From NCBI GenBank assembly GCA_049512315.1, contig JBEKXF010000016.1, positions 1-64,000 on the forward strand: 64,000 nucleotides of DNA, in the 5' to 3' direction. The notes under the pieces are model-generated. The model searched no databases. It saw only the letters and a list, made by a program, of their open reading frames with translations, and had not been told where the DNA came from. Every line of letters begins with the position of its first letter. Position 1 is the first letter of the stretch. Below, in pieces: positions 30,578 through 40,874 of this stretch. Source of the DNA: Candidatus Aminicenantales bacterium (GTDB lineage: Bacteria; Acidobacteriota; Aminicenantia; Aminicenantales; Saccharicenantaceae). The translations under genes were made by a program, and so were the position numbers.

Positions 30578-30815
30578 TTTAACTTGTCCGCTTGAGAGGA
30601 TCTTCCAGATAGTAACCCCCTCCTCCCGATATTTTAATGGTCCTTGATGATGGCGTCAATTCTATGGGCGGCAGGGCCACCTTTTTTTCGTCTTCGATCA
30701 CGAGGATCGTCAAAGCGCGTCCTCCAGCGGCTCCGAATATAGCACCCGGCAAAGGATTCGGCTACTGAACTTTATCTGAAGGAATCTTCAGACTCCCGGC
30801 CGGCGCGGCGGGTTT

Positions 30816-31643
30816 TCAGATATCGAACGTTTCCCCCGAGAAGTGGACGAAGGAGAAACACTCCGGGATGTGGGAATCGTAGACGCCGTGGCGGTTGAGG
30901 GCCCAGCCCGGGTGCGGCTCGGCCTTTCCCCCGCAGAACTCGAGGAGCTCGAAGCGCGAAAAATCCATCCGCCAGACGTCGCCGGCGCGCGGCGGGACCG
31001 GGCGGTCCCCGGCGAGCATTCCCATTCCGCGCCAGGGAAAGGCGATCTCCGCCGTCCAGCCCCTGTCGATGTTCGAGGCGTCGTTGATCGTACCCGCCAC
31101 CTGGACGCCGGCCCGGAGGCCGGGAAAATCCCAGTCCATGAACGCCCAGCGGGCCCCGCGCGGATGCTTGCCGCAGCGTGAAGCGTCCTGGAAACCGCCG
31201 AGGACGTCTACGCGCCGCCCGAGCAGGTCGAGCTCGGGGACGTCGAACCGGCTCCCGCGCTTGTAGGCGTCCTGCCAGACATAGAGAACTTCATAGATCG
31301 TGCCGAGGGCGTTGATCTGGAACTCGTAGTAGCAATCCTCCCCGCCGATGAAGATCTCGACGTCGTTCTCGTTCCAGACGAAGGAATCCCGCTCGGTCAG
31401 GCGGGCCCGGACGTTGGGCTCCTCGACCCAGAAAGCCACGTAGAGGCTTTCGTCGTCCCAGAGCGAGGCCATCCGGGTCTCGAGGAAGCCGGGGACGCCG
31501 CTCACGAGATCGACGAAGTGCCGCGACTTCGGCGCCTTCTGCCATTCCGGGGTGTCCAGCCGGCCGTCGATCTCGATCCTGCGCGGTGTCCGGAGACAGG
31601 TGTAATGGGCCAGGTCTTTTTCCTCGCATCCGTACGTGGACAT
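30816..31643 (-). CDS. Carbohydrate-binding family 9-like protein
   Basis: IEIDGRLD..EW, WDDESLYVAF, NDVEIFI, YYEFQINALGT, GWTAEIAFPW. Confidence 0.8.
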   Translation of the reverse strand: MSTYGCEEKDLAHYTCLRTPRRIEIDGRLDTPEWQKAPKSRHFVDLVSGVPGFLETRMASLWDDESLYVAFWVEEPNVRARLTERDSFVWNENDVEIFIGGEDCYYEFQINALGTIYEVLYVWQDAYKRGSRFDVPELDLLGRRVDVLGGFQDASRCGKHPRGARWAFMDWDFPGLRAGVQVAGTINDASNIDRGWTAEIAFPWRGMGMLAGDRPVPPRAGDVWRMDFSRFELLEFCGGKAEPHPGWALNRHGVYDSHIPECFSFVHFSGETFDI

Positions 31644-31744
31644 TGTCTTTTCTCCCCTCCCGGCCTCGGCCGGATGGCCTTCACATTACACAAAGAATCC
31701 GGCGGGAGTCAAGGCGGCCGAACCGGCCCCGGGCACTAAACCCG

Positions 31745-31774
31745 TTGACTCCGATCACCCACCGGGGTCATAAT
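31745..31774 (+). promoter_or_regulatory. Sigma70-type promoter of tricorn-like protease gene
   Basis: TTGACT-18 nt-CATAAT upstream of AAGGAGG/ATG 31804. Confidence 0.5.
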
Positions 31775-31803
31775 TTTCCTTTGATTTCCCCAAGGAGGGT
31801 GAC

Positions 31804-34800
31804 ATGAACCTGCCCGGAAAGCGCTTTTCCCCATGGACGATCGGACTGTTCGTATGCCTTCTGGTCCTCTTGGCGCCGCCGGCCGTGACGGCCGATCCCG
31901 GCGCGCCCTGGCTTCTTCAGAAACCGGCCTTGTCCCAAACGGACATCGTGTTCGTGTTCGCCGGAGACCTGTGGAGCGTCCCCAGAGCTGGCGGGGAGGC
32001 CAAGCGCCTGACCTCGAGCCCCGGCTTCGAAACCAACCCCGTCTTCTCCCCCGACGGCTCCGAGATCGCGTTCACCGGCGAATATGACGGGAATGTCGAC
32101 GTGTTCGTCATGCCGGCCGGGGGCGGCGTCCCGAGGCGCCTGACCTGGCATCCCGCCGCGGACACCGTGCTCGGCTGGACACCCGACGGCCGGCGCGTCC
32201 TCTTCACATCGGCACGCAATTCCTATTCCCGTTTCAGCGAGCTCTATACGGTCGGCCTCGACGGCGGCCTCGAAGAGAAGGTCCCCCTCCCCATGGGCTA
32301 TGAGGCCGCGTTCTCCCCGGACGGAAAGCGCCTCGCCTACGTCCCCCTCCCCCGGGCCTTCGCCGCCTGGAAGCGGTACCGCGGCGGGCGGACAACGCCG
32401 GTCTGGATCGCCGGCCTGGCCGACTCCGTTGTCGAGAAGGTGCCCCGTGAGAATTCCAACGACTACAACCCGATATGGGCCGGCGACAAGGTCTACTTCC
32501 TGTCCGACCGCGCGGGCGCCGTGACGCTCTTCGCCTACGACCTGAAGTCAAAGAAGGTCTCCCGGGCCATCGAGAACCGCGGTCTGGACCTCAAATCGGC
32601 CGCCGCCGGGCCGGGGGCCATCGTTTACGAGCAGTTCGGAGGCCTCGGCCTCTACGATCTGAAGACCGGCCAAACCTCCCGCGTCCCCATCTCCGTGAGC
32701 GGGGACATGCCCGAAGTCCGCGAGCGCTACGTGCCCGCGGGCGACCGCCTGACCGGCGCCGGCCTGTCGCCCAACGCCGCCCGGGCCGTGTTCGAAGCCC
32801 GGGGCGAGATCGTCACGGTGCCCGCCGAAAAGGGCGACCCGCGCAACCTCACCAACACGACGGGCGTGATGGAACGCGACCCGGCCTGGTCGCCCGACGG
32901 GAAGACCATCGCCTATTTCTCGGACGAGTCGGGGGAGTACCAGCTCCACCTCAAGCCCCAGAGCGGGGCCGGTGAAGCCGTCAAGATCGCGCTCGCCGAG
33001 AAGCCTTCGTTCTACTTCGCGCCGCGCTGGTCGCCGGATTCAAAAAAAATCGCCTACGCCGACGCCCACCTGGAGATCTGGCATGTCGACCTCGCCGCGA
33101 AGAAGCCCATTCGCGTGGACAAGGACAGGTATTTGGGTGGCCTGGGCAAATCGCCTGTCTGGTCCCCCGACTCCAAGTGGCTCGCCTATGAGAAGAGCCT
33201 ACAGAACTACATGGGGGCTATTTTCCTCTACTCTGTCGATTCCGGAAAAAGCGTCCAGGTCACCGATGGAATGAGCGACGCCCGGTTCCCGGTCTTTGAC
33301 GCCGCCGGGAAATACCTGTACTTCGCCGCCAGTACGGATTCGGGCCAATCCCTCCAGCCGGACATCCATAGCTTCAGCCGGCCGGTGACGCGATCGATCT
33401 ACCTCGCCGTCCTGGCCAAGGACGAGCCCTCGCCGTTCGCTCCGGAGAGCGACGAGGAGAAGGGGGAAGTGAAGAAGGCGGAGGAGAACAAGGCGGGGAA
33501 CGACAAAACCACGGAGAAGAAGTCCGGTGAGAAGAAGCCCGGCGAAGTGGAGGCGGGGGCCGGCCCGGGAGTTCCGGCGACGCCGGCCGGCGCAAAGCCC
33601 GCCGAACCGGGCCTGGGGTCTGAGGCGAAGCCGGTTACGGTCAAAATCGATTTCGACGGCCTCCTCCAGCGGATCCTGGCCGTCCCCATGCCGGCCCGCA
33701 ACTACGTCAATCTCCAGCCGGGTAAGGCGGGAACGCTCCTGGCGTTCGAGGCGCCGGCCTCGCTCCCCGGCGTCGGAGGCGCCCCCGGCATGACGGTCCA
33801 CCGTTACGACCTCAAAGCCCGCCGCTCCGACGTCGTCATCGGCGGTGTGGGCTCTTTCGAAATCGCCCGGAATGGCGAGAAATACCTCTACAGCCAGGGC
33901 GACCGATGGTTCATCGCCGTCCTGAGGCCGATGCCCCCGGCCGGCGCGCCCGCGGGGCCTCCCCCCTCGCCCGGGACGTCAGGGGCCAATGCCTTGGCCA
34001 CCGACGCCATCCAGGTCCGGGCCAACCCCCGCGACGAATGGCGGCAGATGTACCACGAGACTTGGCGCGTCGAGCGCGATTTCTTTTACGATCCCAACGC
34101 CCACGGCTATGACCTCGCCGCGGCCGAGAAGGCGTATGCACCCTACCTCGAGAACATCGTTTCACGGCGCGACCTGAATTATCTCTTCGCCGAGATGCTG
34201 GGCGGGATCGAAGTCGGCCACCTGGGCGTGGGCGGCGGCGACCTGCCGGAAGTGAAGCGGGTCCCGGCCGGGCTGCTCGGCGCGGACTACAAGGTCGAGA
34301 ACGGCCGCTATCGCTTCGCCCGCGTTTACAGCGGCGAGAACTGGAACCCGCAACTCCGGGCGCCACTGACCCAGCCGGGAGTCAACGTCGCAGCCGGAGA
34401 TTACCTGATCGCGATCAGCGGCCGCGAGGTCGCGGGGCGCGACAACATCTACAGCTTCTTCGAGAACACCGCCGACAAGCAGGTCGTCCTCAGGGTCGGG
34501 CCGAAGCCCGACGGCAAGGGCGCCCGCGAAGTGACGGTGGTCCCCGTCCCCAGTGAAACGGCCCTCCGGAACTACGCCTGGATCGAGGACAACCGCCGTT
34601 ATGTGGACAAAGTCACGGGCGGCCGGGTGGCGTACGTCTACATGCCCGACACGTCCTTCGGAGGCTACACGAATTTCAACCGCTACTTCTTCGCCCAGGT
34701 GGGCAAGGACGCGGTCATCGTCGATGAGAGGTTCAACGCCGGCGGGGCCCTGGCCACCGACATCATCGAGTTCCTGCAGAGGAAGCTGCTGAGCCTGGTG

Positions 34801-35229
34801 GCCACGCGCGACGGCGAGGACGAGGTCCAGCCGCAGGGCGCCATTTTCGGCCCCAAGGTGATGCTCATCAACGAGTTCGCCGGGTCGGGCGGCGACGCCA
34901 TGCCCTATTATTTCAAGGCCGCGGGCGTCGGGCCGCTCATCGGCAAGACGACCTGGGGAGGGCTGGTCGGCCGGGCCGGCGGGCCCGCCCTCATGGACGG
35001 CGGGTTTGTCACGGCGCCGAGCTCGGGCGTCTGGAGCCCGAAGGACGGCTGGATCGCGGAGAACGTGGGCATCGCCCCGGACATCGAGGTCGAGCACGAC
35101 CCCGCCCTGGTTCGTCAAGGAAAAGACCCGCAGCTCGACAAGGCCATCGAGGTCGTCATGGCTGGGCTGACCAAGAACCCGCCGGTGAAACCCAAGCGCC
35201 CGGCCTACCCTGACCACTACAAAAAGTAG
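31804..35229 (+). CDS. Tricorn protease-like S41 peptidase
   Basis: PD40/WSPD propeller repeats, PDZ-like region, VDERFNAGG, AGSGGD, GKTTWGG. Confidence 0.93.
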   Translation: MNLPGKRFSPWTIGLFVCLLVLLAPPAVTADPGAPWLLQKPALSQTDIVFVFAGDLWSVPRAGGEAKRLTSSPGFETNPVFSPDGSEIAFTGEYDGNVDVFVMPAGGGVPRRLTWHPAADTVLGWTPDGRRVLFTSARNSYSRFSELYTVGLDGGLEEKVPLPMGYEAAFSPDGKRLAYVPLPRAFAAWKRYRGGRTTPVWIAGLADSVVEKVPRENSNDYNPIWAGDKVYFLSDRAGAVTLFAYDLKSKKVSRAIENRGLDLKSAAAGPGAIVYEQFGGLGLYDLKTGQTSRVPISVSGDMPEVRERYVPAGDRLTGAGLSPNAARAVFEARGEIVTVPAEKGDPRNLTNTTGVMERDPAWSPDGKTIAYFSDESGEYQLHLKPQSGAGEAVKIALAEKPSFYFAPRWSPDSKKIAYADAHLEIWHVDLAAKKPIRVDKDRYLGGLGKSPVWSPDSKWLAYEKSLQNYMGAIFLYSVDSGKSVQVTDGMSDARFPVFDAAGKYLYFAASTDSGQSLQPDIHSFSRPVTRSIYLAVLAKDEPSPFAPESDEEKGEVKKAEENKAGNDKTTEKKSGEKKPGEVEAGAGPGVPATPAGAKPAEPGLGSEAKPVTVKIDFDGLLQRILAVPMPARNYVNLQPGKAGTLLAFEAPASLPGVGGAPGMTVHRYDLKARRSDVVIGGVGSFEIARNGEKYLYSQGDRWFIAVLRPMPPAGAPAGPPPSPGTSGANALATDAIQVRANPRDEWRQMYHETWRVERDFFYDPNAHGYDLAAAEKAYAPYLENIVSRRDLNYLFAEMLGGIEVGHLGVGGGDLPEVKRVPAGLLGADYKVENGRYRFARVYSGENWNPQLRAPLTQPGVNVAAGDYLIAISGREVAGRDNIYSFFENTADKQVVLRVGPKPDGKGAREVTVVPVPSETALRNYAWIEDNRRYVDKVTGGRVAYVYMPDTSFGGYTNFNRYFFAQVGKDAVIVDERFNAGGALATDIIEFLQRKLLSLVATRDGEDEVQPQGAIFGPKVMLINEFAGSGGDAMPYYFKAAGVGPLIGKTTWGGLVGRAGGPALMDGGFVTAPSSGVWSPKDGWIAENVGIAPDIEVEHDPALVRQGKDPQLDKAIEVVMAGLTKNPPVKPKRPAYPDHYKK

Positions 35230-35299
35230 CAGGAGGCCTTTCGAGGCAGCGCGCGGGCGGTGAACCGGGCGGCGATGTCCAGGCCGGGGATGTCCTTGT

Positions 35300-36316
35300 T
35301 CATCTGCCGGTCAGGAACTGGCCTACCCGATATCCGGCGGCCAAATAGAACTGGAGATCGAAGGCGTTGTCCTCGAGGTCGATCGGCGTCGTCCCCGTCA
35401 GCCGCATGAATTCTTTCTCGACCTCGTGCGCCTTGCCGCGCGGGCGAGGGCCGGAGTCCGGCCCGAGCTCGCGCCAGAAAGCGGCCCACAGGTCCCGCGC
35501 CGCGGTCGGAAGGTCGCCTAGGCTCACGAAGGGCTTCCCCTGCGCGTCGATACGGATCCAGTTCTCCTTGAGGGCCCGGACGAGCGGATAGAGGTGCGGC
35601 TCCCCGGGGTCATCGAAGAAGTTGTGGAACCGCCGCGTATCGTCGATATAAGTGTAGTAAATGTCCCAGAGCGGCTCCTCGGACGCCAGCCAGGCGGTGC
35701 CGTATTTGGCGACCAAGTCAAATGCGTCCGAATAGCCGACGAGGGTCAGGTCCTTCGGGTCGAGGGTGCGGTCGCTGAAGTAGAACGGCACGTAGGATTC
35801 CGCTAGGGCCCGGACAGTCTCGAACCGGGCGGGCCGCCCGACGAGCCCCGGATAGCGCGACTGGGCATTCGAGCCGTAGAGCTTCGTGCGCAGGTCCTGA
35901 CACACGACGAGATTGTGGTCCGCGTCCTGGCTCGCCTCGAGCAGGACGAGGAGCGGCTTGTGGCTGTGGAGATAGTTAACGGCGTAGGCAAACATCGCGC
36001 CTTCAAAGCAATGGGCCATCCCCGTCTGGAGGACCCGGCGCGGCGGCATGACGGATTCGTCCTGGTCGACCGAGGCGTGGTCGTCGTTGTAGTAAAGCTC
36101 GGTGTCGAGGAAGTCCTGGAGCTTGGCGGGCGTATCGAGCGCGGCGATGACCGTCAGCTCGTCGTCGGAGAAAGCCAGGCCGAGCCCCCGGCAGCGCGCC
36201 TCGAGCCAGGCCCTCTGTGCGGGGTTGACCGAGCGGCGGTAGATGCCGGCAAAGAAGAGGAGCTGATCTTCGGGTGAACGGCGGAGGATGCCTTCGGCCG
36301 GGATCGGCTTGCTCAT
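35300..36316 (-). CDS. Transglutaminase-like (vasohibin-like) cysteine protease homologue
   Basis: AHCFEGA, DADHNLVV, YGSNAQSR: Cys-His-Ser spacing resembles vasohibins. Confidence 0.55.
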   Translation of the reverse strand: MSKPIPAEGILRRSPEDQLLFFAGIYRRSVNPAQRAWLEARCRGLGLAFSDDELTVIAALDTPAKLQDFLDTELYYNDDHASVDQDESVMPPRRVLQTGMAHCFEGAMFAYAVNYLHSHKPLLVLLEASQDADHNLVVCQDLRTKLYGSNAQSRYPGLVGRPARFETVRALAESYVPFYFSDRTLDPKDLTLVGYSDAFDLVAKYGTAWLASEEPLWDIYYTYIDDTRRFHNFFDDPGEPHLYPLVRALKENWIRIDAQGKPFVSLGDLPTAARDLWAAFWRELGPDSGPRPRGKAHEVEKEFMRLTGTTPIDLEDNAFDLQFYLAAGYRVGQFLTGR

Positions 36317-36564
36317 GTCGCCGGCAAATCGTACTCTCCCTGTCGATCAAAATCAAGGCCGGCTATTCGAGGTCGGCGTACAGCCCCTTGAAATCCGCGT
36401 CCCCTCGGATTTTTTCCAGGAATTGGAAAGCCCCGATTCCGCCGGCGGCTGAAGGAGATGGGGATCGCCCAGCGGTCGCTCGACGGGATCCGGACGCCTT
36501 GACCCGCGACCCGGAGATGGCCCCTGCGGGCCGTGCCCCCAAAGCCCTTCGTCCCAGTCCGAAC

Positions 36565-37761
36565 TCAGCTGATCTTTTGCGAAACGATCGGCGCATCGAA
36601 GGCCCGGTATTCCTCGACGCGACAGGCAGGGATGAGCCGATCCCGGTAGATCATCATATTGATGCAGTCATCGCAGACATTGGGCTCCCCGTCGATCAGC
36701 TCGAGCGGCTGCTCGATCGCGATAGGTTGGATATGGATCCCTTCGAAGGCGTGCCAGGGGCGGACGAAAAGGACGCGGAGGAAGCGGGCGAAGGCTCTCC
36801 CGACCTCCGGGTCCAGGGCCGCGAGCAGGAAGACCTTGCGCCCGACCTTCGTCCTTCTCGTGATCGATACGTAGCGTCCCTTGGCGAGATGCGTCACGAC
36901 CTGGATGACCTCGAGCGCCCGGGCGCCCAGTGATCCATAAAGGTGCCGGGGCGAACCGATGGCGACCGAGACCAGGTATTTATTGGTTTCCGGGAACGCG
37001 CCCCCGTTGAGGTACCCGCAGGGAGCAATGGACGGGAACCGCTCCCGGAGCGTATCAAAGATCTCGTCGGCCGTCAGGCTGACCTCACCGGCGTCCCTGG
37101 CCAGGCCCGGGATAAGGTCGGGCGGGAGCCTCTTCCCTTTCGCAAAGAGGGCGACGTCGTCCCCGACCACGAGCCCGCGGAGTGCGATCAGGGTCATGTG
37201 ATTGACGATCCGGATGTTCCGGACGGCCCAGCCGACGACATCGGGGACAGCCTCGAGGTTGGCCCGCGAGACCGTCACATTGAAGCCGCACCCGACGCCC
37301 TTGACGCCGGCGACCATCTCCGCATAGGATTGCCGCAGCTCGTTGAGCTCGACTTCGGTCCGCCCTTCCCAGCCGGGCCTGTCCTGGCTGCTGTCAACAT
37401 GGAAATTGAACCGGATGAGCCCGGCCCGGGCCAGATCGCGAACGAGGGGGCGGTCGAGGCCCAGGCCGCTCGTCATGAGGAACGGCTTCATCCCGCTCTT
37501 GGCGACGAACCTCACGACCTCGAGGAGATGCGGATAGATCAGGGGCTCGCCGCCCGAGATTTTCATGTCGTCGCAGTTCCGCATCGCCCCGCAGACGGCG
37601 ATATCGGACAGGACATCCTGGAGGGGCCGGTGCCCCTCGAGCCTGCGCCGATAGCAGTGGGAGCAGTGGAGACTGCAGACGTCGGTGACGTCCACCCAAC
37701 CGCCTGGATTGTCAGTGATGGACCAGGGAAAGCGATACAGCCGGCGACGATCGATGCCCAT
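36565..37761 (-). CDS. Radical SAM protein (paralogue 2)
   Basis: CSLHCSHC (CxxxCxxC), GGEPL, C-terminal CDDC...IPAC; AAGGAGG RBS before ATG 37761. Confidence 0.9.
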   Translation of the reverse strand: MGIDRRRLYRFPWSITDNPGGWVDVTDVCSLHCSHCYRRRLEGHRPLQDVLSDIAVCGAMRNCDDMKISGGEPLIYPHLLEVVRFVAKSGMKPFLMTSGLGLDRPLVRDLARAGLIRFNFHVDSSQDRPGWEGRTEVELNELRQSYAEMVAGVKGVGCGFNVTVSRANLEAVPDVVGWAVRNIRIVNHMTLIALRGLVVGDDVALFAKGKRLPPDLIPGLARDAGEVSLTADEIFDTLRERFPSIAPCGYLNGGAFPETNKYLVSVAIGSPRHLYGSLGARALEVIQVVTHLAKGRYVSITRRTKVGRKVFLLAALDPEVGRAFARFLRVLFVRPWHAFEGIHIQPIAIEQPLELIDGEPNVCDDCINMMIYRDRLIPACRVEEYRAFDAPIVSQKIS

Positions 37762-37845
37762 GAAGAACCTCCTTCGTTCGTCCCCCGCCGTCGAACGGCG
37801 CCCGGGACGGCCTTCGCCCTCCGCGTGCCCTGACGGCAAAGACGA

Positions 37846-38469
37846 CTAATTCGCCACGAGACCGTAAAGCAAAGCGATCGCGGCGGCAAACAACAGGCTG
37901 TCATTGACCACGTAGGCGTAAACTCTCCGATACAACGAGCGGGTGCCGTAATCCTTGAGCGCGTGGGCGGCAATGGCCCGGCCCCCGCAGGCGATCCAAT
38001 GGGCCGCGAACAGGCCGCCGAATATCAGGCTCGACCAGCCGATGACGCCGGGGAGGGAGCGGGCGAAGAACGACACGACGATCGAGAGGAGCGCCCAGTA
38101 GAAAACGCTGTCCGCGATGTTATCAAGCCACGCCCCGAGGCTGGACGTTTTCCGGCACCGGCGCGCCACCTCGCCATCCAGGCAATCCAGGAGCTGCCGG
38201 AGGAGGATGGCGGCGACAACCGCCCAGGTCCGCTTGTTCAGGTGGAAATAGGGGATCGCCGCCGAGAGTCCCAGGGCCAGGGCCGTGAGGACATTGGGGT
38301 GGATGTTCCGATCGCAGCAAAAACGGAGGAACTGGGGAAACAGGGTCGCCACGAACCATTCGTCAAAAAAATGGGTCAGAACGTAGGAACGGTCCTCCTC
38401 ACGGGCGCGTCCATCGCCGTTACGATTGCGGGGGACCCGGCGCTCCCGTTCGCCGCGTTCAAGTGACAT
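37846..38469 (-). CDS. CDP-alcohol phosphatidyltransferase family protein
   Basis: HPNVLT and DCLDGEVARRCRKTSSLGAWLDNIAD signature; TM helices. Confidence 0.9.
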   Translation of the reverse strand: MSLERGERERRVPRNRNGDGRAREEDRSYVLTHFFDEWFVATLFPQFLRFCCDRNIHPNVLTALALGLSAAIPYFHLNKRTWAVVAAILLRQLLDCLDGEVARRCRKTSSLGAWLDNIADSVFYWALLSIVVSFFARSLPGVIGWSSLIFGGLFAAHWIACGGRAIAAHALKDYGTRSLYRRVYAYVVNDSLLFAAAIALLYGLVAN

Positions 38470-38487
38470 CGGGCCCCGCTCCGCCGT

Positions 38488-39606
38488 TCAGAGATCTTTC
38501 CGATAGATACGGAATCTCTTGTAGATGGTCCCGCCGAGCTTCTCCATCTCCCCCCTGACCTTGAAATTGTATTCCAGCTCATGGTGGGTATCGGCGAAGC
38601 GGAATCCCGCCGCGGCCGCGGATTCCATGGTCGCGCACCCGAGGATAGCGTCCACCCCTCGTCCCCGGAAATCCTTCCGGATGCCGCCGACGAGACTGTC
38701 GAGCTGACGCGTCCGACGCCCGGCGCGCATGATCCAAAAAATGCCGAACGGTAACAGCTTTCCCTTGGCCTTGCGGAAGCCCTCGGCGAGGTTCGGCATG
38801 GCGATATTGAAACCTACGATCTCATCGCCGCTTACGGCAATCTTGATGAACCTGGGGTCGAGGACGGGGAGGAAGCGCTTCGCGAGGTCGGCCATCTCCT
38901 TATCGTCCAGGACGTGATAGCCGTAGAGCTCCCGGAAACACTCGTTCATGAGCTCCAGGACGGGCCGGATATAGCGCTTGAGCTCGCTCCGCCGCCCGAA
39001 CGTCAGGAGGCGGCAGACATTCCGGCGCATCGCCCGTTCGGTGATCTTTCGATAGAACTCCGGCACCCCGTGGGTCAAGTCCACCCGGTAGACGACATAA
39101 TCCATGTCTTTCCCGTATCCGGCCCGCTCGAGGAAGCCGTTGATGTTCTCGAAATTATAGGTCGTGCCGATCGTCGGCTCGTGCTCAAAGCCCTCAGTAA
39201 GAAAGCCTTGGGGGTCCTGGTCGGAAAAGCCCATCGGCCCGATGACCTTGGACATCCCCTTGCCCTTCGCCCAGCGTTCCACCCGGTCCAGGAGGAGCCG
39301 GGCCGCCTCCTCGTCGTCGCCGCATTCCAGAAACGCGAACCGGGCGTTCGTCTCTCCCCGCGCTTCGTTGTAACGGCGGTTGATGATGCCCATGATCCGG
39401 CCGACCGCCCTTCCGTCTCGGAAGGCCAGGACCAGGACGGTGTCCGAAAAGGCGAAAGCCCGGTTCTTCCCAGGGTTGAAGTATTTCCATTCTTCGGCAT
39501 ACACCGGAGGCACCCAGCGCGGGTGATGCCGGTGGATCTTGGCCGGCAGGCGGATGAACGCCCCCAGGTCCTTGCGGGTCTGAACGTCTCGTATATCAAG
39601 GGGCAT
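38488..39606 (-). CDS. GNAT-fold N-acyltransferase, bacterial ceramide synthase (bCerS)/YghO-like
   Basis: FIRLP..WVPP, VGRI, IGPMG, GKLLPFG, FRGRGV, YKRFRIYRKDL match the YghO/bCerS pattern; start ATG 39606 after GGAG. Confidence 0.75.
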   Translation of the reverse strand: MPLDIRDVQTRKDLGAFIRLPAKIHRHHPRWVPPVYAEEWKYFNPGKNRAFAFSDTVLVLAFRDGRAVGRIMGIINRRYNEARGETNARFAFLECGDDEEAARLLLDRVERWAKGKGMSKVIGPMGFSDQDPQGFLTEGFEHEPTIGTTYNFENINGFLERAGYGKDMDYVVYRVDLTHGVPEFYRKITERAMRRNVCRLLTFGRRSELKRYIRPVLELMNECFRELYGYHVLDDKEMADLAKRFLPVLDPRFIKIAVSGDEIVGFNIAMPNLAEGFRKAKGKLLPFGIFWIMRAGRRTRQLDSLVGGIRKDFRGRGVDAILGCATMESAAAAGFRFADTHHELEYNFKVRGEMEKLGGTIYKRFRIYRKDL

Positions 39607-39611
39607 CGTCT

Positions 39612-40835
39612 TCACTCCTCCAGGGGCTTTTTTGGGACCGCGACGACGGCCATCCCGTACCGCATGTACTCTTCGAGGACGCAGGCCGGTACGAGACGAT
39701 CCCTCCAGAGGGTCAGGTTCGGGCATCCGTCGCAGTGGTCCTGCTCTCCGTTCTGCAGGATGTCGAACGGCTGCTCGACGTTGATGGTCTGAATGGAGAG
39801 GCGACGGGCCAGGAGCCGCGGGTCTTTGAGGGCGGCCCGGAGATATCGGCCGCAGGCCCGGCGGATCTCGGGGTCGAAAAGCCCGAGCACGAACATGAGA
39901 CGGACCTTCCGGTTGAGGCTCGGCCGGCCGAAGGCGAAGTAGCGGCCCGTGAACCAGTGATGCCCGTTCTGGAGGAGCTCCATCGTTTTCGGCCCCAGGC
40001 ACCCGAAGACCTTCCTGGCGCCGACGATGAGGCAGGCCAGGCCCAGCTTCAAGGCGTCGGGCCGGACGGTCCCCCCGAGAAAAGCACACAGCCGGAAATC
40101 GGGGATGACCTTCCGGATCTCGGCCCTGATGTCCGCGGACATCAGGCGGCGATACGGGGTCGGCGAATAATACACCGTCTCGCTGACATCGATCTTACGG
40201 TCTCCCGCGTAATAATCGAAGCCCGAGTCCGCCTCGACCAGGCGAAGGACGGTCAGGGTGTAGGACTGGACGCGGTCGGCATTCCGGAGGGCCCAGGCCA
40301 CGATGTCCGGGACGTCGGCCAGCGTGTCCGGGAAGACGGTGACGTTGTAGCCGCAGATCATTCCCCCTTCGTCGTGGACCATGTCCGCCAGCTCCTGGCG
40401 CAGGGTGTTGAGCTCCCTCTCCGTCTTCCCTTTCCAACCGGGCCGCGACTGGTGGCTGTCGACATGGAAGGTGAACCCGAACAAGCCGGCTTTCTTGAGG
40501 TCGGAGAGCAAAGCAGGCGTCAGGCCCACTCCGTTCGTCACGAGGACAGGCTTGACCCCGTGGGCGGCGACGACCCGGACGATCTCGACGATCCGGGGAT
40601 GGGTCAGAGGCTCGCCGCCCGCGATGAACATCCCGTCCGAGCGCCGGAGCTTTAGGATAGCTTCGACCTCACGCTCGATCCGGTCGAGAGGTTTCTCACT
40701 TTTGGGATCGTTGGTCGCGAAACAGGCGTCGCAGGTGATGTTGCACCGGCGGGTCGGCTCGAGCCAGCTCATGGCGTTGTCGGACGACGTCCAGGGCATG
40801 CGGAAAAGCGACCTTGGATTCTCTTGTTCCGCCAT
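39612..40835 (-). CDS. Radical SAM protein (paralogue 1)
   Basis: CNITCDAC, GGEPL, TNG, C-terminal CDGC...VPAC. Confidence 0.9.
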   Translation of the reverse strand: MAEQENPRSLFRMPWTSSDNAMSWLEPTRRCNITCDACFATNDPKSEKPLDRIEREVEAILKLRRSDGMFIAGGEPLTHPRIVEIVRVVAAHGVKPVLVTNGVGLTPALLSDLKKAGLFGFTFHVDSHQSRPGWKGKTERELNTLRQELADMVHDEGGMICGYNVTVFPDTLADVPDIVAWALRNADRVQSYTLTVLRLVEADSGFDYYAGDRKIDVSETVYYSPTPYRRLMSADIRAEIRKVIPDFRLCAFLGGTVRPDALKLGLACLIVGARKVFGCLGPKTMELLQNGHHWFTGRYFAFGRPSLNRKVRLMFVLGLFDPEIRRACGRYLRAALKDPRLLARRLSIQTINVEQPFDILQNGEQDHCDGCPNLTLWRDRLVPACVLEEYMRYGMAVVAVPKKPLEE

Positions 40836-40874
40836 GTTCCTTCCCGCCTCCTTGCCGGCGCTCGACCCGCTACC

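Noticed and set aside
36565..40835. Radical SAMs as RiPP maturases or B12-dependent methylases
   Set aside because: No precursor peptide, RRE, Cys-rich SPASM or cobalamin-binding domain; neighbours are lipid enzymes
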